A DNA stretch of 64,000 nt from Octopus vulgaris (Eukaryota): NCBI GenBank assembly GCA_951406725.2, contig OX597832.1:13020001-13084000 (forward strand). The letters are read 5' to 3'. The notes below the pieces were generated by a model, which saw nothing but the letters and a program-made list of their open reading frames with translations, had not been told where the DNA came from and did no database searches. Position 1 is the first letter of the stretch. Each line of letters begins with the position of its first letter. A program made the position numbers and the translations under genes. Shown here piece by piece: positions 1 through 14,138 of this stretch.

Positions 1-133
<133 letters not shown>

Positions 134-1320
134 AGGGGGTGATGCACACAAGTCAATATGGCTCAAAATATAAGTAGGTACATTTTTCATTGACAATCGG
201 TAGAAGAGACAAAGTGACTTAAAGACTGAAAGTTTCATGCACAAGCACTTATATATATATATGTATAACTGTCTGTGTTTATGTATGGATATTTTTTTAT
301 GGTATAACTTGTATTTATTCGAACTTGTATATATTTTTCTATCGAATCTTTCTTAGCTGAATAGTAGCTGTAACAGAGCGCCGAACAAAATAACAAAATA
401 TTCTGTACCAAGTGTGAGGAAATTAAACCTCATAAATTGAGTATGTATTAGGGTCCATTCAATTCATTATACGCTTCTATGTATATCCGTGTTTATGTGC
501 GAAACTTACCACTTGCGTTAGGTTGTTAGGTCCACTTATTTCTAGCTTCAAGTTTCTTCGGTACCAAATTCGTTTATTTTCCCTGCAGGCTCTATTAAAT
601 AGACGAAGTACGTCTCCCATCAATTCTTGGTACCGTTCTAATTTATGAAATCAATATATGCTATTGATTATTGTGTCTTTCTTGAATAATGAGAAATTCA
701 ATGTGGTTAAAAATATGGTTGTTGAGGACAGTGAATTAATAGACTTGCTTTCATATTGCCTGTATTCTAATTCAATTATATTGTTTTAGATTCCACGGTG
801 CACTTTAGAGTAAATAAAAATATGATGATGCACTTTCGATATGAAGTCAAATATGCATTAAAAATTGTGTTTATACAAGTTAGCATACAATTGTCAATGT
901 TTCAAGCAAAGAATATTTACTTATGCTTACTTTTATATGAATATATGAATATATGAAATATTGTTTTAAAATACTTTTTCATTTAAATTTTAATTTGTTT
1001 TGTTTATCTGTGAATAAAATTCTTTTATTATCGGTAAGTATTTCCTCACTTCACGCTACACATCTAATTTCCCCTGCCAGAGTTTTGGACATAGATATAG
1101 GCATTAGCAAAAGTATCCAAGTGTTGAATAAAATGTCTATTTCTCAAAAATTTAGAAGAGGATTTTTCAAAGCGAACAGATGACATGAATTACACAATAA
1201 ATTTAAAATCAGGTCATTAAATATCTAGTGTACATACTGCAGTGTTTCTGGGTTTTTTTTAACGCCACCTATATATTTATTACTAATATAAATCACTTCC
1301 GAATATATTTCTATTTTCAG

Positions 1321-1436
1321 AGATCCCAATAAACCTGTAAAACAAGAATCGGTTCATGGCGGAAGAGTGATTAATCGTTTCATGGACCTCAATTGGCCAA
1401 AATACGAAGAGGAGGAGCAGAAGTATATACATATTG
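1321..1436 (+). CDS. Neuroligin-family gene, penultimate coding exon (end of cholinesterase-like domain)
   Basis: Flanked by ttttcag (1320) and gtaagc (1437). Translates (G)DPNKPVKQESVHGGRVINRFMDLNWPKYEEEEQKYIHI(G), matching neuroligin GDPNQPVPQ...NRFEEVAWSKY...YLHIG. Phase joins correctly to the exon at 4963. Confidence 0.92.
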
Positions 1437-1957
1437 GTAAGCTGTATTCCAAGTGTTCTTTTTGTTTTCTGGTAAAGTTATTTCTGCGACCTCATCAGCT
1501 TTGACAATTCTAACTGCATTTCAGATAGTGTATGATGAATTATGATATTCAGTAGACACCTTTTGTTCCGTTGTTTTTCCCTTATTAGTAAGTAATATTA
1601 TGTTTGTGGAAATTTGCTTCTTATACATGAAAACGTGTACGGACTTCCATAACTGGTTTACTTAGAATGGTTCTTTTCACAAATGCATCGGCATACAATC
1701 AGAAACTTGAATGATCAAATATATGATCGCGTTTGTATACAATATCTATAGACGATAGGGAATAGAAAATGTTTAGATTCTTCACATGAGTATACAAAGC
1801 AACTTTTCTTATTCTTCAAGTATTGATCAGTATACTATTACAGAATTGAACTCTGTAACATATATGCCACATACAAAATTGTTGCACGATATTGCTTGCA
1901 AAATACTTCAAAAATTGTTCCAAGATATGTCTTGCCGTCAAGTGACCGATATTTAGC

Positions 1958-2011
<54 letters not shown>

Positions 2012-2791
2012 TTTGTTTGCATGCGCGCCCATCCTACGTATGCATAAGGGATTACTTAATATTTTGAAGAAGAAAAAGCGAGATGGAACATAAGCATCCT
2101 TAAACGTATTGCGTGAAACTAACCGCACACCATTATGAATTATTCTGTGAAAAATCCAATTCCTTCAAATTTGTATTTTGTTGCATAGAAACACATTTAA
2201 GTAAATAAATGACTCACTTTAAAAGTAAATTTCATTACAGAAATATAATAATATGACGTGTAAGAATTGTTTGGCTTAAATCAAAGTTCAGTATTAACGT
2301 TAAAATGAATCTCACTGTATATTCGTAGTTTACGTCTAGTTTACAATTTTGTTCCGATTGTTTTCAAATTTGGTATATGGATTAAGTTTTATGTACTAAT
2401 TATGAAAATAAAATTTATTTTTTATATAAATCCATATAATTAAAAAAGTTATTGGCTCTTACAATTTTCAAAATTTGGGTATTTTAGCCAATTACAAGTG
2501 AGTATTTTACACATCACCGTGGCGAAAAACTCTTTTTCCATAGTAAACAAAGGTGCTGCATATGCACAGAAGGAAGAGAAAGAGATACGAGAAAGATAAT
2601 CTTCTTACTATAATAATTTTGTGTTTTTCTTCGTCACAACATTTGAATGAATGATAAAGGAAGGGGTGATAAATGAATAAAGAAAGAAGGGGTAATGGCA
2701 ATCTGGAAGTGGGGGCGTTTCAGCTCTGTGAATATATATGTACGTGTATGTAAAACATGTGGTTAATTATGTGCGTTTATGGAACATGTTA

Positions 2792-2854
<63 letters not shown>

Positions 2855-3073
2855 TGAGTGTGTGTGTGTACAATGGAAGAGGGATGGTAAACATTCAACG
2901 CTGAAAAGAAAAATCAGACTATGTTTCAAAACTCTGAGTATGTGTGTGCTTGTAGGATGTAAGTAGCAATGTTTTGACAAGTCGATGCCCCCCCCCCCAA
3001 ACACCGATGATGGAAGAGACAGCGAACGCGCTGTTACCTGATCGGATGGAAAATTATGAAATTTTAAACATAT

Positions 3074-3523
3074 CTCTTTTACTCTCTTTTACTTGTTTCA
3101 GTCATTTGACTGCGGCCACGCTGGAGCACCGCCTTTAATCGGGCAACTCGACCCCGGGACTTATTCTTTTGTAAGCCCAATACTTATTCTATCGGTCTCT
3201 TTTACCGAACCGCTAAGTAACGGGGACGTAAACACACCAGCATCGGCTGTCAAGCAATGCTAGGGAGACAAACACAGACATGCAAACACATACACACATA
3301 CATATATATATATACATACATACGACAGGCTTCTTTCAGTTTTCGTCTACCAAATCCACTCACAAGGTTTTGGTCGGCCCGAGGCTATAGTTGAAATCAC
3401 TTTCCCAAGGTGCTACGCGGTGGGACTGAACCCGGAACCATGTGGTTGGTAAGCAAGCTACTTACCACACAGCCACTCCTGCACCTATAGCAAGCGACGT
3501 ACCACACAGCCACTCCTGCGCCT
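3074..3523 (-). mobile_element. tRNA-derived SINE family A (CORE-like), full length, with a duplicated 5' head fragment
   Basis: Reverse complement of the ggcgcaggagtggctgtgtggtaag...gttcagtccc...ccttgggcaag...tgactgaaacaagtaaaagag consensus seen at 4421, 22077 and 58644. Confidence 0.85.
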
Positions 3524-4420
3524 ATTTGAATGTGTGTAAAATTTCTTCAAACTTTTTCTGGAATAAATGAATAACAAATTCGGATCGAGCGTCAAGATTT
3601 AGATCTATATGATACATTAAAAAATTCCTTTAAACATAATTGTAAACAGTGATGAAAACCATAAGGATACGAAAATACTTATTAGTAACACATTTAAGCT
3701 AAATTTCAGCTGTTTACATATTTTTTACACGACAAGTAGAATATTAAGTGTAAGAGATTTTAAGGGACTATTTACATTCACTTGTTCGAGAAAATATTTA
3801 ACCACATAAAATTTTCATAAAACAGCTTATTTAATTAAAAATTCTTACATTTTTGCTTGTAATAATTTATTGCCACAAGTTTAGTTGTAAAGTATTTATA
3901 ATGTTAACTTTAGATAAATTCCAGTTCGAGATAGATGCTCAAACCGTAAATGATAACTTAGACTGAAGTACTCTGATGTACAATATCCTCTATATTTGAA
4001 GCATTCTGACATTTAAGGACACTCGAGCATTATGATTACAGATATGGATGAATCTGCTAACAGCATCTGAGAGAAAAATTAATGTATAAGAGTATTTTGA
4101 GATGCATATCGGCTGAGTGCAAGGGGGGATTTTATTATACAAGAACGAAAATATGTTGTTCACGCCCAACCTGCACTCAGAGGTTATATAATTGTAAAGA
4201 AGCAAGTTCTCATTCAAAATGTCTAATGATTGAATGCCTAATAAGTAAATATGAGCTGTTGCATGCTCGAACTAAATTTAATGAGTTTTAATTGCACACA
4301 CACACACACTCATACTTGTGTGTGTGTGTGTTTGTGTGCGTGTATAATAAACACATGCATGTAGGCACATATATCTATTCGTAAAACGTAATTGTATGTA
4401 TCTACCTATTTAAAAATATA

Positions 4421-4579
4421 TGAGTGGCTGTGTGGTAAGTAGCTTGTTTACCAACCACATGGTTCCGGGTTCAGTCCCACTGATTGGCACCTTGGGCAAG
4501 TGTCTTCTACTATAGCATCGGGCCGACCAAAGCCTTTTGAGTGGATTTGGTAGACGGAAACTGAAAGAAGTCCATCGTA

Positions 4580-4619
<40 letters not shown>

Positions 4620-4838
4620 TGTGTGTGTTTGTGTGTCTGTGTTTGTCCCCCTAGCAGTGCTTGACAACCAATGCTGGTGTGTTTACGTCCCCGTCACTTA
4701 GCGGTTCGGCAAAAAAGACCGATAGAATAAGTACTGGGCTTACAAAAGAATAAGTCCCGGGGTCGAGTTGCTCGATTAAAGGCGGTGCTCCAGCATGGCC
4801 GCAGTCAAATGACTGAAACAAGTAAAAGAGTAAAATAG
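4421..4838 (+). mobile_element. SINE family A
   Basis: A-box-like tggctgtgtgg, B-box-like ggttcagtccc, CORE-like ccttgggcaagt, internal (TA)n(TG)n, gtaaaaga tail. Confidence 0.88.
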
Positions 4839-4962
4839 TATATGTATTCAGATACACATGCACAATGGCTACATGTGTGTGCGTGCGTGCATGTTTATAG
4901 CAAGCGTATTTTACCTATTTTAAGAAGTTTACCTCAATTTTCTTTTTTTCTTTTCGTTGCAG

Positions 4963-5939
4963 GAAGGCGTCCAAATGTGAAAGAATATTACCGGGGACAA
5001 AAAATTTCTGTGTGGTTAGAATTACTTCCGAAAATTCACAAACCAGATAACTGCAGTCCAGAACATCATCGCTTAGACAACTCAAATAACATGAGTACAT
5101 ACGATGAGCCGGATAGGCTTTTTCACTTTACGGATGTCTTCCCTTCTCCTCCTCCTGTCCCTCCCATTACCCCTCCACCCAAATCGCATTCTCCTTCTAC
5201 AAATGGTGGTCCATCAACACCGTCAGCGAATGGGTACAACGTTGAGTACGCAAACGATCTCTCAACTGGGACTACCCCAGATTACGCGATGGACGATCGA
5301 CGAACTACAACGGGTACAAACTCACAGAGAGATTCTTCTTCGGCTGTTAAAGAAGGAGAAAGCATCGTTCCTCTCAGCATCACTGTGGCTGTCGGCTGCT
5401 CATTACTCTTCCTCAACATACTCATATTTGCTGGTGTTTATTATCAGCGAGAACGTATGAAAAAATCTAGACGAGAAAAAGACGATATGGACGAGATCAA
5501 ATTATCAAGGAAGATTGAGAAGGAGTCGAACAAAATCGGTGGTGTGTCTGGAGTCGGAAGTATGGGTGGAGGAATGGGTGGAAGTAGTATAGGAGGCCCT
5601 GAAACCGTTAGTTTAATGTCAACACCCCCGACGCAATCATCACCTACTAGGCAGGCTCAACATAATAATCCATCAAATAATTCTAGTAAACAAAATCCTA
5701 GCAAAATACCCGCTTCGCAAGCGTATTCATATAGCGCATTGCCAACAACGTCTTCATCACCTTTGCACAGGGCATCAAATACTCCATCTTCCACACTTGA
5801 CCATCCTACGAAAGGAAGTTCGCCATCTCGAAAGGTCATACCGAATGCTATAAAATCTAAAGATTCCATGGAATCAGGCAAGAAATCACATCGATCATCG
5901 GGTATTGACCAGGCAAATAATGCTATTACGATAGTGTGA
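4963..5939 (+). CDS. Neuroligin-family gene, last coding exon (stalk, transmembrane helix, cytoplasmic tail)
   Basis: Polypyrimidine tract + ttgcag acceptor ending at 4962. GRRPNVKEYYRGQKISVWLELLP resembles neuroligin [50 protein letters not shown] resembles [25 protein letters not shown]. Ends ITIV* (class I PDZ ligand T-x-V). The paralog cannot be assigned. Confidence 0.93.
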
Positions 5940-6219
5940 GTGCTGCATTTATTTTTAAAGAAAGACATAACAAAAAAAAACATCTATAAACAATCAAGAA
6001 AGATTTACCAATTATTTCACAAAACAATTATAACCATTTATATGTGTGAATAGGTTAACAAAAATGTATTTGGGCAGTTAATGTATTTATAAAGCACACC
6101 ATAATATGTCATTCGGGCTGGAGACATGTGGTTTCTTAAGTGGAATCAACGTGCTGGATACATTTCCTTACGATATATAAGAACTGGATTCAATTTTGAA
6201 ATATCACAGATGGAAAGTT

Positions 6220-6520
6220 GATGATGATGTTGATGATGATGATGATAATGATGATGATGATGGTGATTAATGTTTAATAATAACAACAATACTATTCATA
6301 ATAATAATGATAATGGTGATGAGGAAAATGACGATGACGACGATGATGATGATATTGATGATGAGATATGAAAATGATAATGATGTTGATGATGATGATA
6401 TTAATGAATATAAGGTTATAAAGGTAAAGGAGAAAGGGTTTGACAGATAAAAGATAATGTCGGAGGAAGTGTTGAAAGTCATGATGATGATGATGATGAT
6501 GATGATAAATACAATGACAA
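6220..6520. repeat. Degenerate (GAT)n microsatellite in the probable neuroligin 3' UTR/flank
   Basis: Direct inspection. Confidence 0.85.
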
Positions 6521-6827
6521 TAATAATAAAAAATAATCAATAATAAAATAATGCTGATCGATTAATGTCCTTTACTGACGAAAACAAAATTAAGGTTTAA
6601 ACGAAATTTTGATGGAAATTTTACAATGCCTTATGAAATGAGAAAGCGAAGAAATAAGCAGAATATATCTGTGGCAAGAGTCACGCAGAAAATAAATTTG
6701 GAGAAATGTAAAATGAATAAAATAAAATTAGAAAATGATTATTTTCAAAATTTAGATAATGGCAATTGAAATTTTACAAGAAAACTCTCAGTGACTAGAT
6801 GAAATTAATAAAATATTATCTGTGGGC

Positions 6828-6855
6828 ATATACAAGCATACATATATATATATAC

Positions 6856-6912
<57 letters not shown>

Positions 6913-6941
6913 CACACATATATATATACATACACATATAT

Positions 6942-6990
<49 letters not shown>

Positions 6991-7076
6991 AATGTATATG
7001 TACATTGATATATATATACATATATGTACATATGTATTATATATGACTATTTAAGCATATGTATATATACATGTCC

Positions 7077-7126
<50 letters not shown>

Positions 7127-7141
7127 ATATACATGCGCGTG

Positions 7142-7174
<33 letters not shown>

Positions 7175-7291
7175 TATATATATATATACATATATGAATG
7201 TATATATATATATATATATACATTCATATATACATATGTATATGTATATATATATATACATATGCATATATATATATTCATATATATATTT

Positions 7292-7324
<33 letters not shown>

Positions 7325-7373
7325 CATGTATGTATGATGTATGTATGCATGTATGTATGTACGTATGTATGTA
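6828..7373. repeat. (TA)n/(TACA)n microsatellite block, representative of dozens in the window
   Basis: Direct inspection; source of the YIYI ORFs. Confidence 0.95.
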
Positions 7374-8108
7374 TTCTGAAGCCCAAAATATTTTACGTTC
7401 AAATTAATGACAATTTACTTCTTGAGGAATACAAGTCTTTTAAAATCGAAATATATTATTTCTGTAAATTTTTTACAATAGAATGAATGGTTTTATAAAA
7501 TGCATAATTACATGTAGGTGATATTCTAGGATTAAATTTGAAAATGTTGATTTTTGCATTGAAGCAAAAATTGTGAAACACACAATAACATATTCATCAA
7601 CTCAAACTGCTGAAAATATTAATTTATAAGGAATACACGAACTGCATTCATTAATCTCCTGTTCAATTACAATTTATTGGCTAGAACCTGGTTCTAAATC
7701 ATTAGCTTTAACATATCTTCCTTCTAGGAAAATTATATTTCATATACGGAATTTTATATAGTGGAAGAAAAGAAAAATATTTAAATCTTAGTCATTTATG
7801 TAACACATTTGGTATGTATCAATATATATATGTGTGTGTTTGTGTGAGTGTGTGGCTGTGTATACACACATATATATATACATCTATTTATGTATACGTG
7901 TATATGTATATATATATATATATAATTATATTCCTATATATATACATATATATAATTATATTCCTATATACATATATATATCTGTATACCAGTATGTACG
8001 TATATAATTTTACTTAGTTATTTTAATTTTGCCTAAGACATGTCGGCATATATACATAATACACATGCATAAACATATATATATATACATAAATTAATAG
8101 ACATATGT

Positions 8109-8146
<38 letters not shown>

Positions 8147-8227
8147 ATACTTATATGTATATATATATTACATATATATATGTATGTATAATACGTATAT
8201 GTATGTATATATATATATAAATAATAC

Positions 8228-8283
<56 letters not shown>

Positions 8284-9484
8284 TTTCAGATGACTACTTT
8301 CAATGTAGGTTATTTTGGTTTGTTACAAGTATGAATAGAAATATACGAGAGTCAAATCTGTTTTATAAACATCGATTTATACGTAGTTTTTCACGTATCA
8401 AGGTTTCGATTGTAACTTATTTCATTGCCATACAAGATATACAATATCTCCAAATATCAATTGTAACTGCGTTGATTGAAAGAAAAAAAAATGAATTATA
8501 AATGTGTATCGCTAAATTTTATAAGGCATGAGTGAAATGCAAAACTACCCGCCACTAATGGCTTTATAATATGTAAAGCCAAATTGACATCGATGCTGAA
8601 ACAAACAAAAAATTCTGAAGTTATTATTTGGACTTAGTGTGTTTTTAATTTTTTCTTTCTTATTTTCTTTCATTTTTTGCTTAAATGATTGAGTGATTTT
8701 CTTTGATAGAATCAAAATCCCTATTTTTTTAAAAAAAATTAAAAAGCAGTTATCTGTGATTGGATTACATAACTATTGCCAATGCGTTGAAAATCACGTA
8801 GGAAACAGATTTATTTCTTCGAGAGATAAAAAAACATATTCTACGTCATGATCTTATTAATCCTTTGGCTAAAATGGTCGTCCAAAAAAAAAAAAAAATC
8901 TGAAACATTTAAGGAAAAACCAAATGCGAACCATGATCATTAGAATGGAATAAAATGATGCTGCGTTATTTTATTGTATCAAGAATTTTTCTCCGAAGGT
9001 GAAAACTTAATATCCACTCACAAAACAAAAAAAATAATAATAAATAAATAAAGACAAAGACAGAAATAAAAATATTAAAATTCCACCAAAGATTGAATCA
9101 TTATAAACATTAAGAGTAAGAAGAATTCTTGAATCGATAATTCTTTTTGAAAGTATCTCATGATAACTGGATAAGAAATACGAATTTGAAAGAAAAACAG
9201 ACAATTCTATTACGTTGCTTTCTTTTTTTATATATATAATGTCTTGATAAATGAAAATAGAAAAACTAAATGGAATTACACAAAACTGCTTCATTCAATA
9301 AACCAGGATTAATATTCTTATGGATGTCGACTCCGTAAATGAATGATAACAGTGTGATGCTGTATAAAATGGAGAAAACTTTTCTCCCTGAATAAACTGC
9401 TGTTCCCATTATCTGTTCATTATATATATATACATATATATACATATACATATATATATATATATATACATATATACATATACT

Positions 9485-9531
<47 letters not shown>

Positions 9532-10243
9532 CTGGATGTGTGTATATGTGCGTATGTGTGAACGTGCGTGCATAATTGTGTAGCATGTGTGAGTGTAAGA
9601 CTTAGTTGAACTACGTCCAACAGAGAGAAAAAAAACAATAATAATAACATTTATATTTCGCATATCACACTGTTGCGTTTTATGAACGCTTCGAAAAGTA
9701 AGCAAAAGTGTAGATAAATATTGAATGCCAACATAACAGATATAGAATTTAAAACTTTGACAACAGAAACTAAAAGAAAAGAAAAAGGTACTGTTTTTTT
9801 TCACTTTGTACGAACTGACAAACATTTCTGTCGCATATATTACAACAATCACTTTCAACGAAAAATCATGATCTTTTTTGGAAGAAAAACCAAGGGGGTG
9901 GGGACAAGAAAATGCACATGATTATATATTTTTCCTTTTGTTTTCTTTTCTCTTGATGATAAGAATGCGTTTTTATGCACAGCATACGCTATCAGGAGTG
10001 ACATTTTAAAATTTAAATTAAATGCTGGTTCATCATTTTCTTTGAGAGTTTTGAAAAAATACATAAGTATCTACCTACATACACTCATATATAATTTATA
10101 CATATATATATATAAATATATATATATAATGTATAATATATATGTACATACATATATATAATATTATATATATGCGCAGGCATATACATATATATATGTT
10201 TATATATATATTTATATATATATATATATATGTATATATATAA

Positions 10244-10315
<72 letters not shown>

Positions 10316-10540
10316 AGGCATAAACATAAATTCCTATTTGTATATGTTAATATAGACATACACATATGTAAACATATATGCATATATATGTGCGTGAGAG
10401 AGTGTGAGTGTGTGTGTGTATGTGTGTGTGTGCTCCCTCGCATATCTGAACATATATATATGTGTGTGTCTATAAATACATGTATTGAGGAATGAAAAAC
10501 GTGTCTATTAAAATGCATTATATACATATATAATGTATGT

Positions 10541-10572
<32 letters not shown>

Positions 10573-11025
10573 CAAAGTTAATGTAGGGTGGATGATACCA
10601 GTGTCGTCGGAATGTTAATTTGAATTTACACACAAAAATGTTAAATGTAAAAAAAATATTAATATTTGTTTTCTTATTGACTAATAGAGTGACACAAAGG
10701 TATACTTGCAGAATTATTAAGCCAAGAATGTTAAGATATTTGGCTGTATATTACTTAGTGAAAGAAGTGTTTTTAATTTAGAATTGTAAGAATTATTTCA
10801 ACACCAACAAATCATTAATATAAGTGAACTGTAAAATATGAAGAATTGTTATTTCATATATCGATATAAATTTGAACTCACTAACACATCCGTTTCGTTT
10901 GAATTTAATGACACGAAAAAAACAATAAATACCTTTGTTTGTTGCGAGATGCTCTTTATTCATGTGTGTGTGTGTTTGTGTATTACTTAAATTCATATTC
11001 ATCTATGTGTGTGTATTTGTGTGTT

Positions 11026-11056
<31 letters not shown>

Positions 11057-11095
11057 GTGTGTGTGTTTGTGTACACATGCATATGTTTGTCTGCC

Positions 11096-11155
<60 letters not shown>

Positions 11156-12896
11156 TATACACACACATAGGTATCATTATTTCGTTTAAAATATTTACAG
11201 GCTTTCAGCCAAGAGCTTACCAAACGAAATTTGTAAATATACATATTTATAATATATCGTTGAAGATCAAAGTGCTTGCTTTATTTTCCTACCCAGTTTT
11301 GTTTTTATTCTAAGCGTTTAACTGGTTGATTCCTAAGTAACTAAAAACGTCGTTGAAATTCTCTTTATTATTAAACAAAAATGTGATGCTATTCTAAACG
11401 TTATATTCATTTTTGTTTAGCAACCGGTGTATTGTTATCTGTGACAATGTCCTTTTAATTTATCTGAAACTAATCGTTTATTTGTACAATTAGAGAATTG
11501 GAAGAATAAGATTTGAGTTCATTAGCTGAGTTAATTGGGAAGATATTGCTGGACATACTCTTAAATAATTAATGATTTAGGTGGTTTTGTTGAAGTAAGG
11601 AGCCTGTACTTATATAATCACTTCCAATGTTATGCTATTGTTTTAGATTTCAGATAAAGCGAAAGCAATCAGACCTCATATTAACTCTTCTTTAATATAT
11701 CTATCAATCTAGTTAGTTTAGACACAAACCCCACAATTCTTTGCAAAATAATCTGAATTCTGTTGAAATACTCAAATTAAATATGGAACAGCATTGATTC
11801 TATTCATCAGAGTTTCTCCTTCAGTAATTACTTCCATGTCAAGTATCTAACAAACTATAATTTAAAAGTAAATGCACTTGTTTATCAGATAATTTCCTAT
11901 AAAAAGCAAACATTTGAAAACCCATAATTCGAACAGAATTTTGAAATAAAAAAAAACAATGCAATAAAAATATATTAGCCACTGTATATTTAATAAACAT
12001 AGTAACATGCATAAAAGTATACATGCGCGAATGCATAATCTTTGAAATAACTATGTTATATATGATGTATCGAAGGGCCTGCAATGAATAAATAGCTATA
12101 AGCGACATTGTCTACACTATGTGCGCTCTGAACCAATACCAGCACGATAACGCCTCCTTAAACATCTTTGTAATCAGCATCATTAAATAAGTTAACTACT
12201 CTCGTAAATTTGCGAATTCGCTGATGCCAACATCTATCTCACCTTCAACTTTCAGATTACAACATCGGTGACTAGTTGCTGGATAATTCGATACATAGGC
12301 GATGTACGATAAACGTCTTATATATAATATATACAAATATTCCCCAGATATTAGGCATTACACAAAGGAAGAATGTTGTTAGACATTCACACAAAGCTGT
12401 TAACCCTATGAGTTCCAGCCTCAAAATGTCATAAGGGATACAAAAATATCAAATATTTACAATCCATTCAGAAAATGTGCATCTGTGAAAATGATTATCA
12501 TATAAAATGATGTGAATGAAGCATTCTGATGAAAAGAGAAAATATATGCATTGAATGTAGACATTACGAGATATAATTCAAATCATTTAAACTAAAGTAG
12601 TTGAAATCGTCAAAAATATCCAAGAGGTAACTATGCAGAAATTCATGACAGAAAATAAAGGAACTATAACAAAATATAGTTTACGGGCATGTCTTTTGAC
12701 TTCCAAAATGTGCAACGATCATTTGTGTACGTGATTAAATATACTCATGTGTTTCGTAAAGTACTGATTATACAATTTCATAACGGAAGAAATGTAGAGC
12801 TGTTCACGCCGAGTTTGAAACCAGAATTGAAATGTCAAAGATTTCAATCAAGATTTACAAAGTGTTTTGCAGAGATAGATGCATAGATATTATTAC

Positions 12897-12961
<65 letters not shown>

Positions 12962-12986
12962 CGCATACGCGTACATACACACACGA

Positions 12987-13017
<31 letters not shown>

Positions 13018-13075
13018 TTTTTTTTTATTTATATATTTATATATATGTATTTATATATTTATATATATATATGTC

Positions 13076-13113
<38 letters not shown>

Positions 13114-13123
13114 GTCATTTATG

Positions 13124-13165
<42 letters not shown>

Positions 13166-13386
13166 CTGTGAATACAAAATATAGGTATTTGCATTAAAGA
13201 TTAGTGATATTGTGAATGCAATTGTGTCAAATGCCTCGGCAATAACGTCCGATAATTCCTTCTAATGTTTTATTTATTTCCGCATTAACATACCTCACTG
13301 AATGTAACCAAGTATTTGGCAATTTTTTTTTTCTCAAGAGACTATGAAGACATTTTGAATAAAGACATTTGGCACACTAAAGAGCG

Positions 13387-13427
<41 letters not shown>

Positions 13428-13703
13428 AATAATAATGATAATAAGTGATGCAATCATGGTATGTGAATTACATAATGAAGTGTGTTGGATTATTATATAC
13501 TTTATATATATATATAATGACTAAGAAGCTGAAAATACACGTTTCGGCAGGTGTTCGTTTAATCAACATATGTAACTGCGTTTCATATTATTTCTAATTT
13601 TGCTCTAATTGTGCACTAAGTACCTGGCAAAAGCAATTAAGTTCAATGATAAACTTATTGTACATATCATAGGTTGGAATATCTAAAAAACAAAACAACA
13701 CAA

Positions 13704-13888
13704 TTCTATATTTAAGAACTGAGGAGATATGTACATTATTTACATTATTTACATTATATACATTATTTACATTTGACGGGTATTTGTTAACACAACGTTT
13801 CGTCTGATATATCCTCCAGCCTTCATCAGGTGTTTTGGGGAAATTTCGAACCTGGGTTCTCATTCCTAAGTTATTTATCGATGTTGTT
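13704..13888 (-). mobile_element. HHR-bearing repeat family 2 (probable PLE terminus), left arm
   Basis: Reverse complement of 14019-14138; homologous to 30322-30503 and 31381-31530. Confidence 0.75.
13789..13834 (-). ncRNA. Type I minimal hammerhead ribozyme motif
   Basis: Minus strand reads AACAC-CUGAUGA-A-GGCUG...CAGAC-GAAA-CG-UU-GUGUU, with one stem II mismatch. Confidence 0.65.
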
Positions 13889-13889
13889 A

Positions 13890-13942
<53 letters not shown>

Positions 13943-13946
13943 GATG

Positions 13947-13996
<50 letters not shown>

Positions 13997-14018
13997 GACA
14001 TAGAAATGATAAACAAGT

Positions 14019-14138
14019 TTCGAAATTTCCCCAAGACACCTGATGAAGGCTGGAGGGTGTATCAGCCGAAACGTTGTGTTAACAACAAACAAGGTGAAGA
14101 CAACTATTCGTCAATTGTAAATAATATAAATAATGTAC
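14019..14138 (+). mobile_element. HHR-bearing repeat family 2, right arm
   Basis: Inverted copy of 13704-13888. Confidence 0.75.
14035..14080 (+). ncRNA. Type I minimal hammerhead ribozyme motif
   Basis: GACAC-CUGAUGA-A-GGCUG(gagggtgtat)CAGCC-GAAA-CG-UU-GUGUU. Stem I GACAC/GUGUU, stem II GGCUG/CAGCC, palindromic ACGU stem III. Confidence 0.75.

Noticed and set aside
225-252. Minus-strand aagtgcttgtgcatGAAActt, half-HHR-like next to (TA)n
   Set aside because: CUGANGA half is missing; cannot be supported
4842-4962. ORF-track N-terminus MYSDTHAQ... of the 365-aa ORF
   Set aside because: Intronic; homology starts at the acceptor at 4962/4963
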